DNA of 64,000 nucleotides from Felis catus (GCF_018350175.1 NC_058368.1:27406001-27470000), one strand, 5' to 3'. Counted from the first letter of the stretch, positions 50,101 through 64,000 are shown. Numbers and translations: made by a program. Notes: generated by a model not told the origin, from the letters alone.

Positions 50101-50943
50101 GTCTGGCAGGGAGTTTCAGACTTGCAGAATTGTTTAGCATTTAGAATGTCGTGTGACAGATGGACACTTATGGTAGCCATTAGTGGTCCTGAAGGGACTC
50201 ATAACAAATATGTCTCGTCTTGCAATTTACTAACCCTCTTGCCTTAGTCCCGAGCGTTGTCCAGCTTATGGGATGTTAACCACACTTAGATTTGACCTGT
50301 TACTCTTCCTTTTTTACTGTTTTTATGTTTTATTGAGCCAACAACAGTCTCTGACCAACACTTTGTCTGCTATTACCGAGGTCCCCAAACTGACCTACCC
50401 TGGTCCCCATCTGAAGACCTGCGAGCTTGTGCTCAGGAGGAAAGTTTTCTGAGGTCCAATTTAAACCCGTTAGAGCCAGAACCTGAGATCACCGGCAAAG
50501 GCCTTGCTCTCCAAGAGTACTGATTTTAAATAGACTTTTCCTTGTGTTTGGAACTGGATATGTTAATGACGGCTGGGCAGTCCAACCTTCTAAGTGTACT
50601 CAAGTTTAAAACTAGCCTTTATTATAGTTCATTTAGAGATTTCAGTTATTCCAGGCCCCAGTTTTCTTTCCTAAAAGGCAAACCATAAATTTTCCTTTTA
50701 TCTCTGTCTCTGAGCTATCTCCTAATCCCTAGAACTTCTGAATACCTAGCCTGGTCCCTGGTAATTAATGCATAACAGATACCAAAATCTAAAAGAAAAA
50801 GAAAAATCCGCCCTTATCTTGCATCATTTTTGATGACCTTCCTCCCAGAGCTATCCCCACCTGTGATCCTTACGTGTGGATGTTTGGTGAGAAAATGGAA
50901 GAAAATGGAGGGGAAGGGACAGGGTGAGAGAAGTGCAGGAATA

Positions 50944-51190
50944 GGGGCACCTAGGTGGCTTAGTCGATGAGACATCCAACTTCGGCTCAGGTCATTATCT
51001 CGTGGTTGCTGAGTTCGAGCCCGGCGTGGGGCTCTATGGTGACGGCTTGGAGCCTGGAGCCTGCTTCAGATTCTGTATGTGTCTCTGTCTCTGCCTTTCC
51101 CCCACTCATGCTCTCTCTGTCTCTCTCTCTCAAAAAGAAACAAACATTCACAAAAAGAATGCAATTACAATTATAAAAAAAAAAAAAGAA
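50944..51190 (+). mobile_element. Can-SINE
   Basis: Head ggggcacctaggtggcttagtcg, CT tract, extended A-rich tail. Confidence 0.9.
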
Positions 51191-52164
51191 ATTTAGGAAT
51201 AAGTAGGAGAAATCAAGTAAAGTGGCAGCTGAAGCCTGCAGCGTATAAACAATTTTGTCTAAAAGTTTCCCATTAATTTCCACTCCTCCCGTCCTCATTT
51301 CTGCCATACGAAAGCCGCGACACCCCCGTCTTCTGGCTGCACAACCCAGGCTCACACACTGGGGTCGGAGAAATCATTTGCAACCTGTAAAGAGGCTTAA
51401 TTCATGATGCTGGAGGTTGCCGCTGTGAAGTACAACACCCTTCCCAGCCGACAATAAAACAAAAACACAAAAGAGAGAAACACTTTGCGGTTTTTCGCGC
51501 TGCCTCTGTAAGGAAGTAAATCCTCAGAGTTGTCTTTAAATCTGTCAGAGTAAAGACGTTGGGAGTGTATAGAAGAGACGCTGGGTGAAGAACATTGTTC
51601 AAGTTGAGCACACCGCAGCAGAAAGCCATTGTTAACCGTGTATTTTAATGACGTCTACGGCTGAAGCCCCACAAGTGCTGGGTCCGTCCTCTGCCCGGGT
51701 TCGGGACGTGGCTTTACATCCTTGAGGCAGGCGAGCCCAAGAGGGAAGACTATATACTGGTGTATTCGATAAGGCAGGAAAGAAAAAGAAAAACCCTGCA
51801 GGAAAGGCTCAGATTCTTAAAAGGCAAAGACGTGAACTCAGTCCCGTCCTTTCCCCCCCTATACAACCTGCCGCCTGCTCTCGGGGGTCCCCAACCTGGA
51901 ACCGGAAGGGGAGTAGACAAGACAGAAAGGACTCACTCTTCCCACACCCCATTCCACAGGCTCTGTGAGGGCAACCGGAGCCCCTGACCTGGCGAGCCAG
52001 CGCCTGGCGGGACTGGGTGTGAGACTGCGGACGGACATCACAGTTCCTGCAGCCCTGGAGATCTCTCTTCTCACCATTTCCCGCCACCCTCAGCCTGTAC
52101 AGAGTCCCCAGTCTGTCCTGCCGTCCCCTTTTCACTCAGTTAATGAAGTCATCATTGTGGGGGA

Positions 52165-52345
52165 GGCAGCAGAGTATAGGGCTTTGGAATAGACCCGGGC
52201 ACCAGGCGGCCTGGCTTCCATCTTGGTGCAGCCCCTCTTCCTGTCCAGGAGACCTTGAGTGTCTTCCACCTACATTTTTTTTCCACTCCGGAAACAAAAG
52301 TAATAATCACACCTGCCTCATTAGGGTTATTGTGAGCATTGCTTG
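52165..52345 (+). mobile_element. MIR remnant
   Basis: gggctttggaatagac...taataatcacacctgcctcattagggttattgtgagcatt. Confidence 0.6.
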
Positions 52346-53113
52346 ACGGTGTTGACATCATCGGCCTGCGTTAGGCATCGTTATTACCCCGGCCTTCCAC
52401 GTGCCAGGTGCCGCACTGGGTTCTGGAGACCCGTCAGTGAGGCGTGTAGACGTGGTTTAGCCCAGGTGAGCTCAGCCCCTGTCATTGTGCCCTGCGCTTG
52501 TCAAAACTTGCTTGGCCTGTGTTTCATTCCGTCAGGGCTTATTCTCTGCCATCAAGTTAATATCACAGTGGGCATAATGGGCTTGAGGTAATTTACTTGC
52601 GTGTTTCCAGCAACTCTCTGGAGATGAGACCTTTACCGTAAGGACTGGCTCCATGGAGAGGAGAATCTGACAGGAATGAGATATATGACATGTGGGTACG
52701 TAGGGAGCACGAGGGCCCCTAGAAAGCTCAACTGGAAAACCGATAGCCACTTTGTCTTCCTCCGGGGAGAGACGGACCCACGTCTCTGGGTGACTGAGGT
52801 CACCCTCGCTCCGTAGATGTTTGAAATCAAGAAGGTGGACTTGTCGTGACTAAAATTTCCTTTCTGTAATATATTACTGTCCTCACATACCAAATGCTGA
52901 CATCCAGAACTCGCCTTTTCCTCAAATTATAGCTCCTGTAGCATTACTGCTTTTCTCTTGCTGATGCTTCCTTCCCCATCCTCTACCTCTGCTTCCCTCT
53001 CCACACCCTCCTGCCCCCATACTGCCTGCCTTACCACGTTTTCTGCTGTGAATTAACCACGTGTCCTGCCGTTGCCATAAAATCCATAACTCCGTCTAAA
53101 AAAAACCCACATT

Positions 53114-53325
53114 GGGGCACCCGCGTGGCTCAGTCAGTTGAGCGTCCAACCTCAGCTCAGGTCATGATCTCACAGTCCGTGAGTTCGAGCCCCACACTGG
53201 GCTCTCTGCTGTCAACCCGGAGCCAGCTTCAGATCTTCTGTCCCCCTCTTTCTCTTCCCCTTCCCGGCTCACACTCTCTGTCTCAAAAATAAATAAACAT
53301 TAAATAATAATAATAATAATAATAA
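53114..53325 (+). mobile_element. Can-SINE with (TAA)n tail
   Basis: Full body, TSD aaaacccaca. Confidence 0.92.
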
Positions 53326-53782
53326 AACCCACACACATCCCAACCCTGCACCCTTGAGAGGGACTGAGGCCTGGAAGAGGCTGTGTACCACACCCACTTT
53401 CCAGCCCGTGCAGAGCCCGCAGGAAGGACGAGACATCAAAAACAGGCAGAGGCTGGCTTCATGGTCAGTGCTTGTTTCCAGTAAACACGTGATTAAGTTT
53501 TCCTAACAAGCTCCTCGCTGCCAACCAATGATGTGTTGTGGAGCTGGGGACTACGTGGTCTGTCCTTTTTGTCAAGACTGGAGTTGGTAGTAGCTGCTTG
53601 GCCATGCGTTGGGTTTAGAGAAATGGAAACACCTTCTTTGCCCAGGCCAGGTTAGAGAAGTATAGGTAAAGGAGACGTAAGTTTCAGCTCTATGTAAAAT
53701 GGCCTCACATGGACAGGGGGACCGGTATAGCTAAAACCAAGATCTGAAACAAAACAGTTTTCTAGTTTGGAGACCAGTTGTA

Positions 53783-54021
53783 CGTAAAACCTTGGCCTGC
53801 GAGTAACTTATTCTGCGAGTGTTCTCCAAGACGAGCAAACATTTCTCATACATTTTAACTTGATAAACGAACGATGTCTCGCAGTGTGAATAGTACGTGT
53901 GGCCGAACGCCCCAGATCACAACTGAGCCAATGGTTCTTGAAATTCGCTTTGATAAACGAGTGCTCTGGATTACAAGCATGCTTGCAGAAGACATGATGC
54001 TCACCCACCAAGGTTTTGCTG
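53783..54021. mobile_element. Non-autonomous Tigger-family MITE (carnivore type), ~240 bp
   Basis: Terminal inverted repeats c(-)gtaaaaccttgg... / ...ccaaggttttgctg, each flanked by TA. Confidence 0.8.
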
Positions 54022-57000
54022 TACTTTCCCCTAAAGGCTGAATGATCCTCCCCGATGTAGAAGCAAAAGCAGTTGCTCAAAATGGAAGACTGGTGATGTA
54101 GGGATCCCATAGGCCTGTATATGAGTGCTCCTATCTTAAAAGCACCATTTTGTCCTTGTGAAAAATTTAGAAAATGCAGAAAACTGTAAAGAAAGAAAAA
54201 AAAACACTTCCACTCCTTCACATTTCCCCGTCTTTGTCTATGTGCACGTGCATACATTTTCAGCATGCTTGTAGCATATCACGTACAGCCTACACTTTTC
54301 CCCATATAAGCCATTAGCCTTTCCCCCACGTTAAGTATTTTCTTAATGTGACTTTTGATGGCCATCTACTACTTCATGCCACAGATGTGCTCTAGTTTAT
54401 TTAATCCATTCCTACCGTGGGACTTCAATTTTTTTTTTTTTTTTCTGTCACAGACAGTATGCGATGAATATTCTTTAACCACACGTTAGTTAATCCATCT
54501 ACCGTTTAAGGACTTTTTAAATGTGGAAGATTTCCATGTGGTTGGGATTTAGGGATGGCACGAGATCCACTGATCCTTTAAAAATGTTGGCGCTCAAAGC
54601 CTACGTGGTAAGTGATGAGATACACAGCCAACAATAATGTGTGGTCGTTACCATAGAGAGAGGAGACTGAGTTCTTCAACAGGAGAGGGAACACAACTGC
54701 CAGGGTATTTGCATTCTAAAGAGAAAGGCAAACTGTGTGCTTCATGAACAATTTAGAAGAACAATACCGAGATGCGTTATGTGGGGTTCTGGGCTGTGAA
54801 CGGGAGATCAGACGTCTCGGTGGGCTAAGGACTTATATAGAGCCTGTTCTCTGTGTGGACCCCAAATCCAGACTCACAGAACCAAGCTGCCCACACCCAA
54901 ATGAGGCTTGTCCACCCTCCGGAGGAAATACGTAAGATCGAGAAGAGTGATCAATTAACAAAATGGGTTCGAATCCCAAAAGGAGAAAGAAGTTTTTATT
55001 CCTAATATGGCCCAGAAGACACATGTACGCCCCAAACCAGCAATAAGAGATGCATGCAGAAGCATACAGACATGACTTGAGTACAAGCAACATCATTTTA
55101 AAGTCAAATAAACCCAGGGGGCTTAATCACAGTTCTCCTGCCTCCCACGAGATACAGCTTCGCACTACCTGATACGCCGATCGGAAGTGAGTAGGAAGAA
55201 AGTTTGGGAACATTCGTGGGAAAAGCCACCTAGAATGAAGGCGGACAGAAGCAGAAGCTTGTTGTAGTGCCTCCCGAAGGTAGTAGGGGAGAGTGTCAGG
55301 AGCCTCCTGGACTCATACAGCTTTGGTTCCTGCTGACACAGCACCTGTTTTAGTGATCTGAAAACAGCAAGGAACAGGGATTCACCAGTGGGTAAAGGTG
55401 CCTTCTGAGTTCCATGTTAACCGCGGAGCCACCGGGCTTCCCAGACTGTTGTTGTGAGAATATTAAAGGTCTTCCACGATTGCCGCACCCCTAATTTGTG
55501 CCGATCGCACAGGAGACCAGGACGGGGAGAGGGTGAAACGTAGCAGCCGGGGCGGGGGCCAGCGGTGGTCCCCATCTGCCACCTGCTCTTCCCGGGGCTG
55601 CTCCGTTCAGCCGGCCCTCGCTCTGCCGGGGGGGGGGGGGGCGCTGTGTAGTTCCACACACACTGCTCATCTCCAGACCTCATCCATCACGTTGCCACAT
55701 AACTCACTGGACTGTGGCATTTCTTCGAGAAAGTGTGTAGGAAGATGACACAGAAGAAAAGTAGGTGGAGAGCTGGGAAGAGGAAAAAGGGGAAGAGGGG
55801 CAGGAAAGACTATGACAGGAAGTTTCCCTGTTCCATCGCCTTCTGCTGCCCGCCAGCACCTCGAAATCACGCCTGGCAGGCGGGAGAGCGGTGCCTCTCG
55901 CCGTCCCCCACACCCCTGCCAGCTCCGGTGGTGAGCTTTGCTACACAAAGGTGTGTTTGCGGCTGCGCGAATCTACACGCTTCGTGAAAACTGTATCCAA
56001 AATATAAGGTTCTTGAACTTGAAGCAGCAAGCTCGGATGTTAATCTGCCAATAAAATATCGGGGGGCTTCCTGGGGGTAACTACGAAGACTATACTTGGA
56101 AAGAGATACGTCCAGACTATCCGCAATCAAGTGAAGTGTGGTCTTGTCTTTCAGCCTCAAAACTCTGCCCAGCTCTGGTGGAAGCACTCTCTCCATTCCC
56201 TCCCTGTCTCCCTAGGGCTTGACGGGTGGGAATCCACTGGGTTGTGAGTTCACTGCCCACCAAGTGCGGCTCACCTCCCCTTTCCCAGCCTCCCCTGCGG
56301 GACACCCAGCCCGGCGGCTCTCTTGAGACGTCCAGTTTACGGCCACCTGTAACTGAGCATTGCCAAACCTCCGTGCAGGTTGCAAACCTCACACTTTCGG
56401 CTTTCAGTGTAACTTAGGGTATGACAAAATTTCAGAATTTCAGCAAGCCGAACCTCAGTGTGAACTCCCTCCCACCCGGGTAGGAGCCCAGGTCGAACTG
56501 GGAGGAGAGCTGGTGCGCAAAGGAGGGGCCTTCGTGGGTTATGTTCGTTGTAGAGAGACTGTGGGACTTTTCCTGCAGAAATGAGTGAGTAGTTCTGAGC
56601 TGTGCCGGTGTCAGAACCACAGAGGTCTTTGCCTGTCACCCCCACCCCGGGCAGCGGTCTGCTCATAAACCTGCACAGTCACCTGGAGACTTGCGGGAAG
56701 CGCCTTGCCAGGTATATGGAAACCGTTCTCCAGAAACCCTGCAGATTCCCCTGAAAAGACTCACCAGCCTTGGAACACTTAATAGTTGTGTTTTTTTTTT
56801 TTTTCTTTCACATTTCTTCCTATTTGATTTTTTTTTTTTTTTTCAAGAAAATCCTATAAGCCTCGGGCTTCCCAGCCCTGAAATTGCCCTTGTAGGGGAG
56901 ATTTGTGACCGTGATGTTCAGCATCACCGTCATTTTTATTGTTATGTCAGCTTCCCCATGAGTTTACAGAGTGCCTTTGTTTGTCTGGACAGTTTCCAGA

Positions 57001-57610
57001 CTGTTCAGTGTATGCTGATGAGCTACTTTTTACCTGCCTTGCAAATTCCATCTGTTTCCAAGCCCAGCTCAATTCCCCTTTCTTGGGGCCTTATCCCAGG
57101 CTCAGCCCAAATCAGTTACCATCTTCTCCATATTCCCACAGTATTTATCTGCATTCCAAACATTCCGAACGACCCAGTTACGATAAGCGTACCGCCTCAA
57201 TGCAGGCATATGTGCCTTCATGGCAGGTAATATGTATGTGCCTTACAGAACCTGTCCCAGTGATGAGCCCACGTAGGTGAATACGTTTGTAACATTTAAA
57301 ATACTTACCGACCGACGATGTAATTGACATAGAATTTCTAGCAGCCTGGGACAGCTCTGTGAATCTGCCTGGCCTGGGGAGGTGAAAGGTACACACACTT
57401 CTTTGTGGATATTATAGGCAAGTGACCTTGAGGGTGAACGTGCTCCATTCTGGTTCACTTGAAGACGTGTACAGAAGTCTTGTAGACTGTGCAAGTTAGA
57501 ATGGAGGTGATACAGGGACCACCCCACCTCACTTTTATTTTATGCGTGTTCATTTGGCATATGCCTTCTTACCTAATTGGCGTGTGTCTGTGAGTCTTCC
57601 ATTCTCGAAG

Positions 57611-57783
57611 GCAGTATTTCTCAAACTTTATCAAGCGGTAGAATCTAATGGAGAGCTTCTTAAAAGTCCAGATTGCTGGACTCCAGCCCAGAGTTTCGGA
57701 TTGGGTAAATCTGGGCTGGGTCCCACAGATCTGCATTTCCAACAAACTCCCACGTGATGCTGACTACACTTTGTGTAACTGCT
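57611..57783. mobile_element. MER5A-like hAT-Charlie element
   Basis: cagtatttctcaaactt...tagaatc...cagattgctgg...tctgcatttccaacaaactcccacgtgatgctga...cacttt. Confidence 0.85.
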
Positions 57784-58444
57784 AGCTGCTTCCCACCCTA
57801 GTCCAGGTTAGGGACTGCTCTGGGCTCCCACGGCACCCAAGGCCAACCCTTGTCATGGCTTCTGTCACACTGTGTTTTAATGTATTTGTTATGCCTCTCA
57901 TCCCCTGGACACATAGGAATTACTATGATTCATCTGTGGCTCTTGTCTAGCACAAAGCCTACCGTATGGTAGACGCTCAAAAAATACTTGATGAACATTA
58001 AGAGGGGTAGAGGCCCAAGAAACTCCAGTCAAACTATGCTGAACTGAGGTGGCCAGGGACTTTATTTAGTCCAGATGTTGAACTTCTCTGCCATTCAGCC
58101 CCCGAAAGAAAATACTACCTAATTCGTAACTGCCAGACTGGAGTTCATAAGAAATCACATCCTTTCGGAGAGTATGCAAAAGACCGCGGACTCACAGCTT
58201 AGCCGGGTGCATCCACATCCAGGTGCGGGCCAGTGCAGGGGTGTAGGCACAGTACTGCGTGGGGAGCATATGCCACCACAGCCCAGTCACTGCCCCCAAG
58301 GAGCACATGACCCACTGAGGAGAGCACGTACGGCAAAGAGGGGAAATCACTAAAGACTAGCTCTTGGTAAGGAAGAGGACTTGGGGCAGGATGAGGGATT
58401 TGAACAAAGTGGAGAAGTTGTGACTCCGTGAGAGGTGACTCAGA

Positions 58445-58630
58445 CAGCAGCACAGACTAATAGCTCCAGAGTCTGAGTGTCGGGGGCCCAGTCCTGGAGC
58501 CACTGCTTTCCGGGTGTGTGAACTTAGGAAGCTACTCCCCTTCTCTGGGCCTCAGTTTTTCCATCTGTAAACAGGGATGTAATAGTATAAGCACCTGGCA
58601 CCTACCAAGCGTTCAGTGAGTATCATGACC
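58445..58630 (+). mobile_element. MIR remnant
   Basis: cttctctgggcctcagtttttccatctgtaaacagggatgtaatagta. Confidence 0.8.
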
Positions 58631-61104
58631 ATTACTCATGTGATTTTTTTATTCAGAGAACTTCGTATGCCAGATCCACTGCGCATCAGCCCTCCAGCCA
58701 CTTAGTTCTTGGAATATTTCTCGCATCGCACATGCGAGAACACAGAGGAGAGAACTGGACTCTGGTGTGTTGGAGAGGGGAGACAATTGAGTGTTTACTG
58801 AGATAGTGTGCCTGGCCAACCTTGCGAAGTTCATTTTACGTAAATAATAATGAAATGTCTTTCTCATTTATCAGATTGCATCCCATCTATTCTCATGACC
58901 TAATTTACCGCCATAAAGGTCAAAAAACTCTGAATTTTAATATTATCATTAGTAACGTAAACTCAGCAGGTGAAAATTATGATAGTGGGTGCTTTGTAGC
59001 GGAGAAAAATAAGAAATGTCATACTGAGAAATGGACTGGGAAAATAACATGCCAGGAGCACCATAATACAATTAATCTTTACCAGCAATAGAGTCAGTAT
59101 CATACAAGATAAATCAAACCAACTAATTCTGGATGCACATACATACATTTAAAACTAGTTCGCTTTAGTTTCTTCTGTTTGCTCCTCTGTTTTTATTGGT
59201 TAAGGAGATTTTTCATGTCAGTACGTTTGCAGGCTATGAAGGGTATGTGCTTGCATAGGCAGAGCAGCGTGGGGGACATTTTTTACACACTGAAGAGAAA
59301 CACACAACTGTGTTTGAGGCCAAGTGTGTTTGGGAACACCTACAAATGGCGTATAGCAAAACTAAAAATAAACTACTACAGCTTACACTTTAAATAATGA
59401 ACGGAGTTATCAGAACACAAAGGAATGTTTTCCCACCTTTAGATCATTGGTATTTAATATGACTGTCACAAGACTATGCCAAAAGAAAGCCACTCATTTG
59501 CCAGGTCGAGACCACGGTCTGAGCATGGTGTGAACTGTCATAGCCGTAATTAAGTTATGATCCAGGCAGCAGTGACGCTCTTACTATTTAATGGGAAACA
59601 TTACAAAATTGAAATTAGTCTTTCCCGTCAAAGTCTCCGTTCTCTTATTAAAAGTACATGTGGGAGAATCCCTATTTTTCAAATAAGAGTCAGATATGTA
59701 TACATGTGTGTGTATATATACGTATACGTGTGTGTATATTATGTTCTAGAGAGAGAGAGGGGAGGGTTATATATGAGATATAAAGGGTAAATATCTGAAT
59801 GTTAATAATGCTTATGTCTGGATAGGCAAATTTGAGTTAATTTCTATTTTCTTCTTATATTTTATAACTTTTCTCCACTGAAGAGATGTATATATCAAAT
59901 TTTGTATTGAAATAAAAACAAGAGAAGTTATTAACTAAGAATTAAAGCAAACTGGAGAACTGTCTTAAGTTTGGGAAAGGAAAGGAGAAGAACAAGGTTA
60001 TAAGCTTATCGTGGTCTCCAGAAGAGTGAATATTTAAATTCAAAATATATCGAAGGCATTAATAATAGATGCAAACGAAAAATTCACTTTTTACCTTCTT
60101 CAATCCAAAATAGTGAAGAAATGATTTTACTTTAAAATGATGCTACAGCAAATGCATTTAGAAACTGAAAGAATGCAAAATAGCCAAAGCGACTGCACTG
60201 GCTTTTTCACTGTCCCCTGCAATATATTCCTCAAAGTCTTCTTGTAAGTCACCCCAGGCCAAGCGTCCCGACCAGAGCCTATGACGACCGGTTAGTTTCA
60301 CCTATGATTACGCTGTATCTGTGTGGTAATAGATTGATCCGATTGATTTAATTCACAACTTACTAGAGTCCACTCGTTACTCTTTCAAAAGATACTGGTT
60401 GCAGGTACACTATGTACAAGGGACTGTTCCAGGTGCCGAGGACGTTGTTCCTGTGTCGCGAAAGGATTAAAGGTAGAGCAGTCTCTCTGAGTCTGGGCAA
60501 CTCGCGATGGTGACAGGGAGCCTTGGTAATAACTTCTGCTGGGACAGCAGGTGTGCGCTGGGACTGTGCAGGAGGGAGAGAGACGCAAGGTGGGCTGGAA
60601 AGTCATTCCCGGCCCAACCGCTCTCCTGAGCTCATGCGCCATATTTCCAGCTGCCTTTCCGAGGCCTCACATCTGGTATTTCTAAATTATTGGAGCCTGT
60701 ACTTCTCATTCTTTGTGCCCTCTGATTCTAGTATCATTATTCTGCTAGTCATCCGGACTTCACTTATTTAACTCTCTTTTAACTCTCCTCTTTCCTCTGT
60801 TTCACACACGGAAGCTGTCCATTCTCCCTTTAGAATGGCTTCCGTGTCCCCTCGTCCAAAGAAAGTCTGTCACCACCTAACGACAGCAGGCAGCCGCGCC
60901 CCATCCCTGCTAACGCTGCTCCTTGGCCAAGCCCCTGCTGGCCTTCTGCCTTGCTTCGCTTTGCTTTCATGACTATGCAAGAGCCAATCTGGCTCCGGAT
61001 GGGCAAGGCCTGTAGGCAGCGCTCAGAAGAGGATTTGATCCTGGTGTTCAACGGGCATTTCTCAGTTGACGAGGATTGTAATAGGTGCCAGGAGGCCGTT
61101 CGAG

Positions 61105-61350
61105 AGAGGCAGCCTCGCACAGTAATTAGGACTCTGGAGTGAGACAGCATTGATTCGAATATGACATCTGCTGCTTCCTGGTTGTGTGATCTTTGGCAAG
61201 TCATTAGCTTCTGTATGCCTCACTTTCCTCGTCTGTAAAAGGGGAATGCAGTAATACCTCATAGGGCTGTTCTAAGGATTAAATGAGTTCACATTAGTAA
61301 AGTTCTTATAATACTGGCTGCATGTAGTAAACACTCTATAGTATTTATTA
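61105..61350 (+). mobile_element. Near full-length MIR
   Basis: ggactctggagtgagacag...ggcaagtcatt...cctcactttcctcgtctgtaaaagggga...cctcatagggctgttctaaggattaaatgag...tagtaaacact. Confidence 0.88.
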
Positions 61351-63559
61351 AATAAATATAACCAGGAATGACCAGAAAAGAAGGCTACCAGGAGAAATAC
61401 TGTATCTGGATAGCTCTGGCACCTAAACCACACGGAGCTTTCACCTGTCCTTCTTAAAAGGGTCCACTTAACAGCCTGCAACCAGTTCTCACCTGTCTTA
61501 ATCTTTGCAATTGGAAATCTTAGAAAACGCAGTTCCTGGAGCCTCTGAGGACACAATGCATGCCCTCTGGGTCCAACAGTGGAATCCCAAGGAGATGGGA
61601 CATCTCGGCAGGTCACAGGGGGATGCACTGCGAGGCAGCTAACCGCAGGAGCCCTGCATGTCTGCTTCCACATGGTCTCTCTGAGGCTCCCCTCATGCAG
61701 ACCCTGATCATCAGGCTTCTGAGGAAGGGGCACAGGTCAGTGAGCGCCCATGACCCTTGGGGCTGGCGGCACCAAGCTTCAGCAAGTGGGAAGATTAGCA
61801 AGGACTTGCGACTTCCTACCCACAGAAAAATTCCCTAGATCCCGCTCACTCTTGGGGACCGAGGCATTCTTACTTTCCTTTGAACCATAAGAAAATTTGA
61901 AGCTTCCTCAGGTACTCCTTCTCCTCCGTCCTTTTCTCATCCATATGTTTCTTCACTGCTTTTCTCCCTCTGCTTCCTCTTTCCTCTCTAAACGAAATCC
62001 AGGATAAGTACATGTTGTCTGTACCGACTTGGCTGCCTTATCCTGAAGGGAAGTTCCAAGTCAGGGAAAAGGACACAGAGCAGGCAGGGGATTCTGGTGC
62101 AAGAGGACGCTGCAGAGATTGTGTGCTTCAAATCCCACTTTTTACGAACAAATAATGAAACAAGGGCACACGGCAAGTCAGTAGCAATTAGAACCAGTCT
62201 TCTGTGTCCAGATCCATTTTTTCCACTCTCCCAGACCATTATTTAGGGGCCATTCCCTCATTTGTCAGCCACTGGGCACCTGCTCCGTGATAGCCACTGG
62301 CCCATCAAGAAAAGTGTGAAAGGCGCCTCCATTCTCTTCCCTCCCCTGACCACAGTTACAATCTTCTGAGGAATAGCTTGACAGTTATTGGAGACTGTCA
62401 TGTCACTTGATGGATTGCCGTCAGTACTTAGAAAAAAAACGTGAGTAAAGGATATTGAAGTAGCTGATTAGCATCTTGACTATGGTCTCCAGGGCCCCTC
62501 GATTCACAGGGTGTGATGTTCAATAGCAGGGCTTAGGAGCAAACAGCAAAACAAGGCCCCGGAACAAGGAAAACAGGGAAGGAATGCGAGCCTTATGGTG
62601 CGGTGCTGGCAGATGGGAGGTGACGCGGTGAATCTTTGCCCTGCTGATCTTGACGACTGTCCCACTCACCTTCTACTAGTGGCTATAGAGCCCACCAGCC
62701 CTCGGAGTGCCACAGGGGAGTCACACGGTGAAGGTCTCGCTACTCAGTGTGTGGGGAGGGATGTCACTCATTATGGTATTCAGTGAAGTAGTCAGCTCTT
62801 ACTGGCTGTGCTGTACCATTTTGTCATCTATATGTCACTGGCTCCTTTGTATTTCTTTTTAGATTATCAGGATAGTGGTATAGTAAGACAACCTCAAACA
62901 TTTAGAAAATAGAAAATATGCACAGTTTGAATGCCCCCACAGTCACCACTTTTGCCTACGCGTTTTCATATAATGGCAGTCAAGGTCTTATACAGAATTC
63001 TTGCACGGATTCGGTACCCCAGGTATGCATTATACACCTGTTCTGTATCCATTCAGTCCTGAGAATAATAAAAGTGAAGACCGATGATAGAAATGATGCC
63101 ACAGTATATATTTCTTGACGTTTACAGTTCAAAAGCACTGTCTCACATAGGACATTTGGCTTTCACAGCAACTTTGGGTCCTTATCCATGTTTTACATAA
63201 GAGAAAGCTAAGTTGAGCCTAAAGTTAACATACATAATGGTGACAGATTGAGAACACAGGTTCCATCAGCCACGCTGCCTCACTTGCTTGGAAATGGTGA
63301 CTGCCCTAAAGGCGTTGATGATTTTGCTGAAAAAACAAAGTCAGATGAGTCAGTTCTATCAAAACGTATAAATGATCAACTGCCACATAAGTGACATAGA
63401 AAATGTGCAGCGATAAGGAAAACTTGCAAACAGCCTGGAAGAAAGGCCTCTGAGAGATAAGGGACGTGTACTATGTGTAAAATGTAAGCAGGAAGTGATG
63501 AAGAAAAGGGAGGAGGCTTTCTAAGGCTTTCGAAGAACATATGTGGACATAATATATAC

Positions 63560-64000
63560 AGAAGACGGGCTATTTTTGGTAGGATTGAACCAGAAATGCC
63601 AGATCTGATCTGACATCTTCCCATAGGGCATCAGAAAGCATCCAAGTTTTAAACTGGAGAGTGACAAAGTGAAAGTGGCATTTTAGATAACTGGTCTGGT
63701 AACCTCATGTAAGATAGATTGGAAAAGGAAGAGACCAGAGAAGGAGACAAAGTAGGAGGTTCTCGCGGTAGTCAAAGAACTGATAGCAGAGTGCCAATAG
63801 TAGAGATGGGAAGGGGCCAGGAGAGACATTGCACAGAGAGCTGATAGAATTCGGATCTAGAGAGATCTTAGAAGCACTTAGGGGACAGGAGAGAAAAAAA
63901 TCAAAATAAGATGAATATTCCAAGCCCCTGCAGGTGGAAGAATGATGGTCCTACTAATAGATATGGAAAAGTTAGAAGAGGCTGCAGCCTGACAGGTGAG
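63560..64000 (-). mobile_element. L2 LINE remnant
   Basis: Purine-rich tract with gcattttagataactggtctgg...agaatgatggtcctactaatagatatggaaa typical of antisense L2. Confidence 0.6.

Larger units (their letters stand above)
1..64000 (+). other. ENOX1: Intragenic portion of ENOX1 (three internal coding exons plus introns); gene extends beyond both window ends
   Basis: Three phase-compatible exons splice to a peptide I recognise as the C-terminal-half coiled-coil region of mammalian ENOX1. I found neither the preceding exon (recalled as ending ...KKMRVDES) nor the following one (recalled as starting EINVLTVA...) by eye. Confidence 0.9.

Noticed and set aside
55867..56196. 109-aa minus-strand ORF in CpG-retaining sequence as a retrogene or foreign insert
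   Set aside because: No recognisable homology, poly-A tail or TSD, and the length is within chance expectation.
45103..64000. Next ENOX1 exon (recalled as EINVLTVALVNQD...)
   Set aside because: Not found by eye. It presumably lies beyond the window end; tBLASTn would confirm.
1..64000. A novel multi-gene biological system
   Set aside because: All coding signal is explained by ENOX1 exons and transposon relics, and no independent gene or RNA gene is supported.

Overview
This is mammalian genomic DNA from a felid, judged by the abundant carnivore tRNA-derived SINEs (including young SINEC_Fc-type copies with intact target-site duplications) and carnivore LINE-1. The whole window appears to lie inside the 3' half of ENOX1 (ecto-NOX disulfide-thiol exchanger 1) on the + strand. 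Three consecutive internal coding exons are recognisable: 11352-11536, 40667-40774 and 45046-45102. They have canonical AG/GT boundaries and compatible phases, and they splice into ...(A)LAAQAYALKEENDSLRWQLDAYRNEVELLKQEKEQLFRTEDNVTKDQQLQFLQQTMQGMQQ|QLLTIQEELNNKKSELEQAKEEQSHTQALLKVLQEQ|LKGTKELVETNGHSHEDTN|..., a coiled-coil-like stretch. I did not find the flanking exons in the window. The rest is intron: about 20 Can-SINEs, L1 fragments of several ages, MIR, L2, CR1/L3, a MaLR LTR, MER5 and Tigger DNA-transposon remnants, and microsatellites. I see no convincing previously undescribed biological system. The best second-look items are a perfect 133-bp tandem duplication, a compact promoter-like motif cluster 1.2 kb upstream of a coding exon, an in-frame cryptic acceptor opening a 162-codon frame, two collinear CR1 fossils that still read as protein, and inverted near-identical SINE pairs. 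Gene identity and repeat family names come from recall of consensus sequences, not from a database search. Repeat boundaries without TSDs are approximate.
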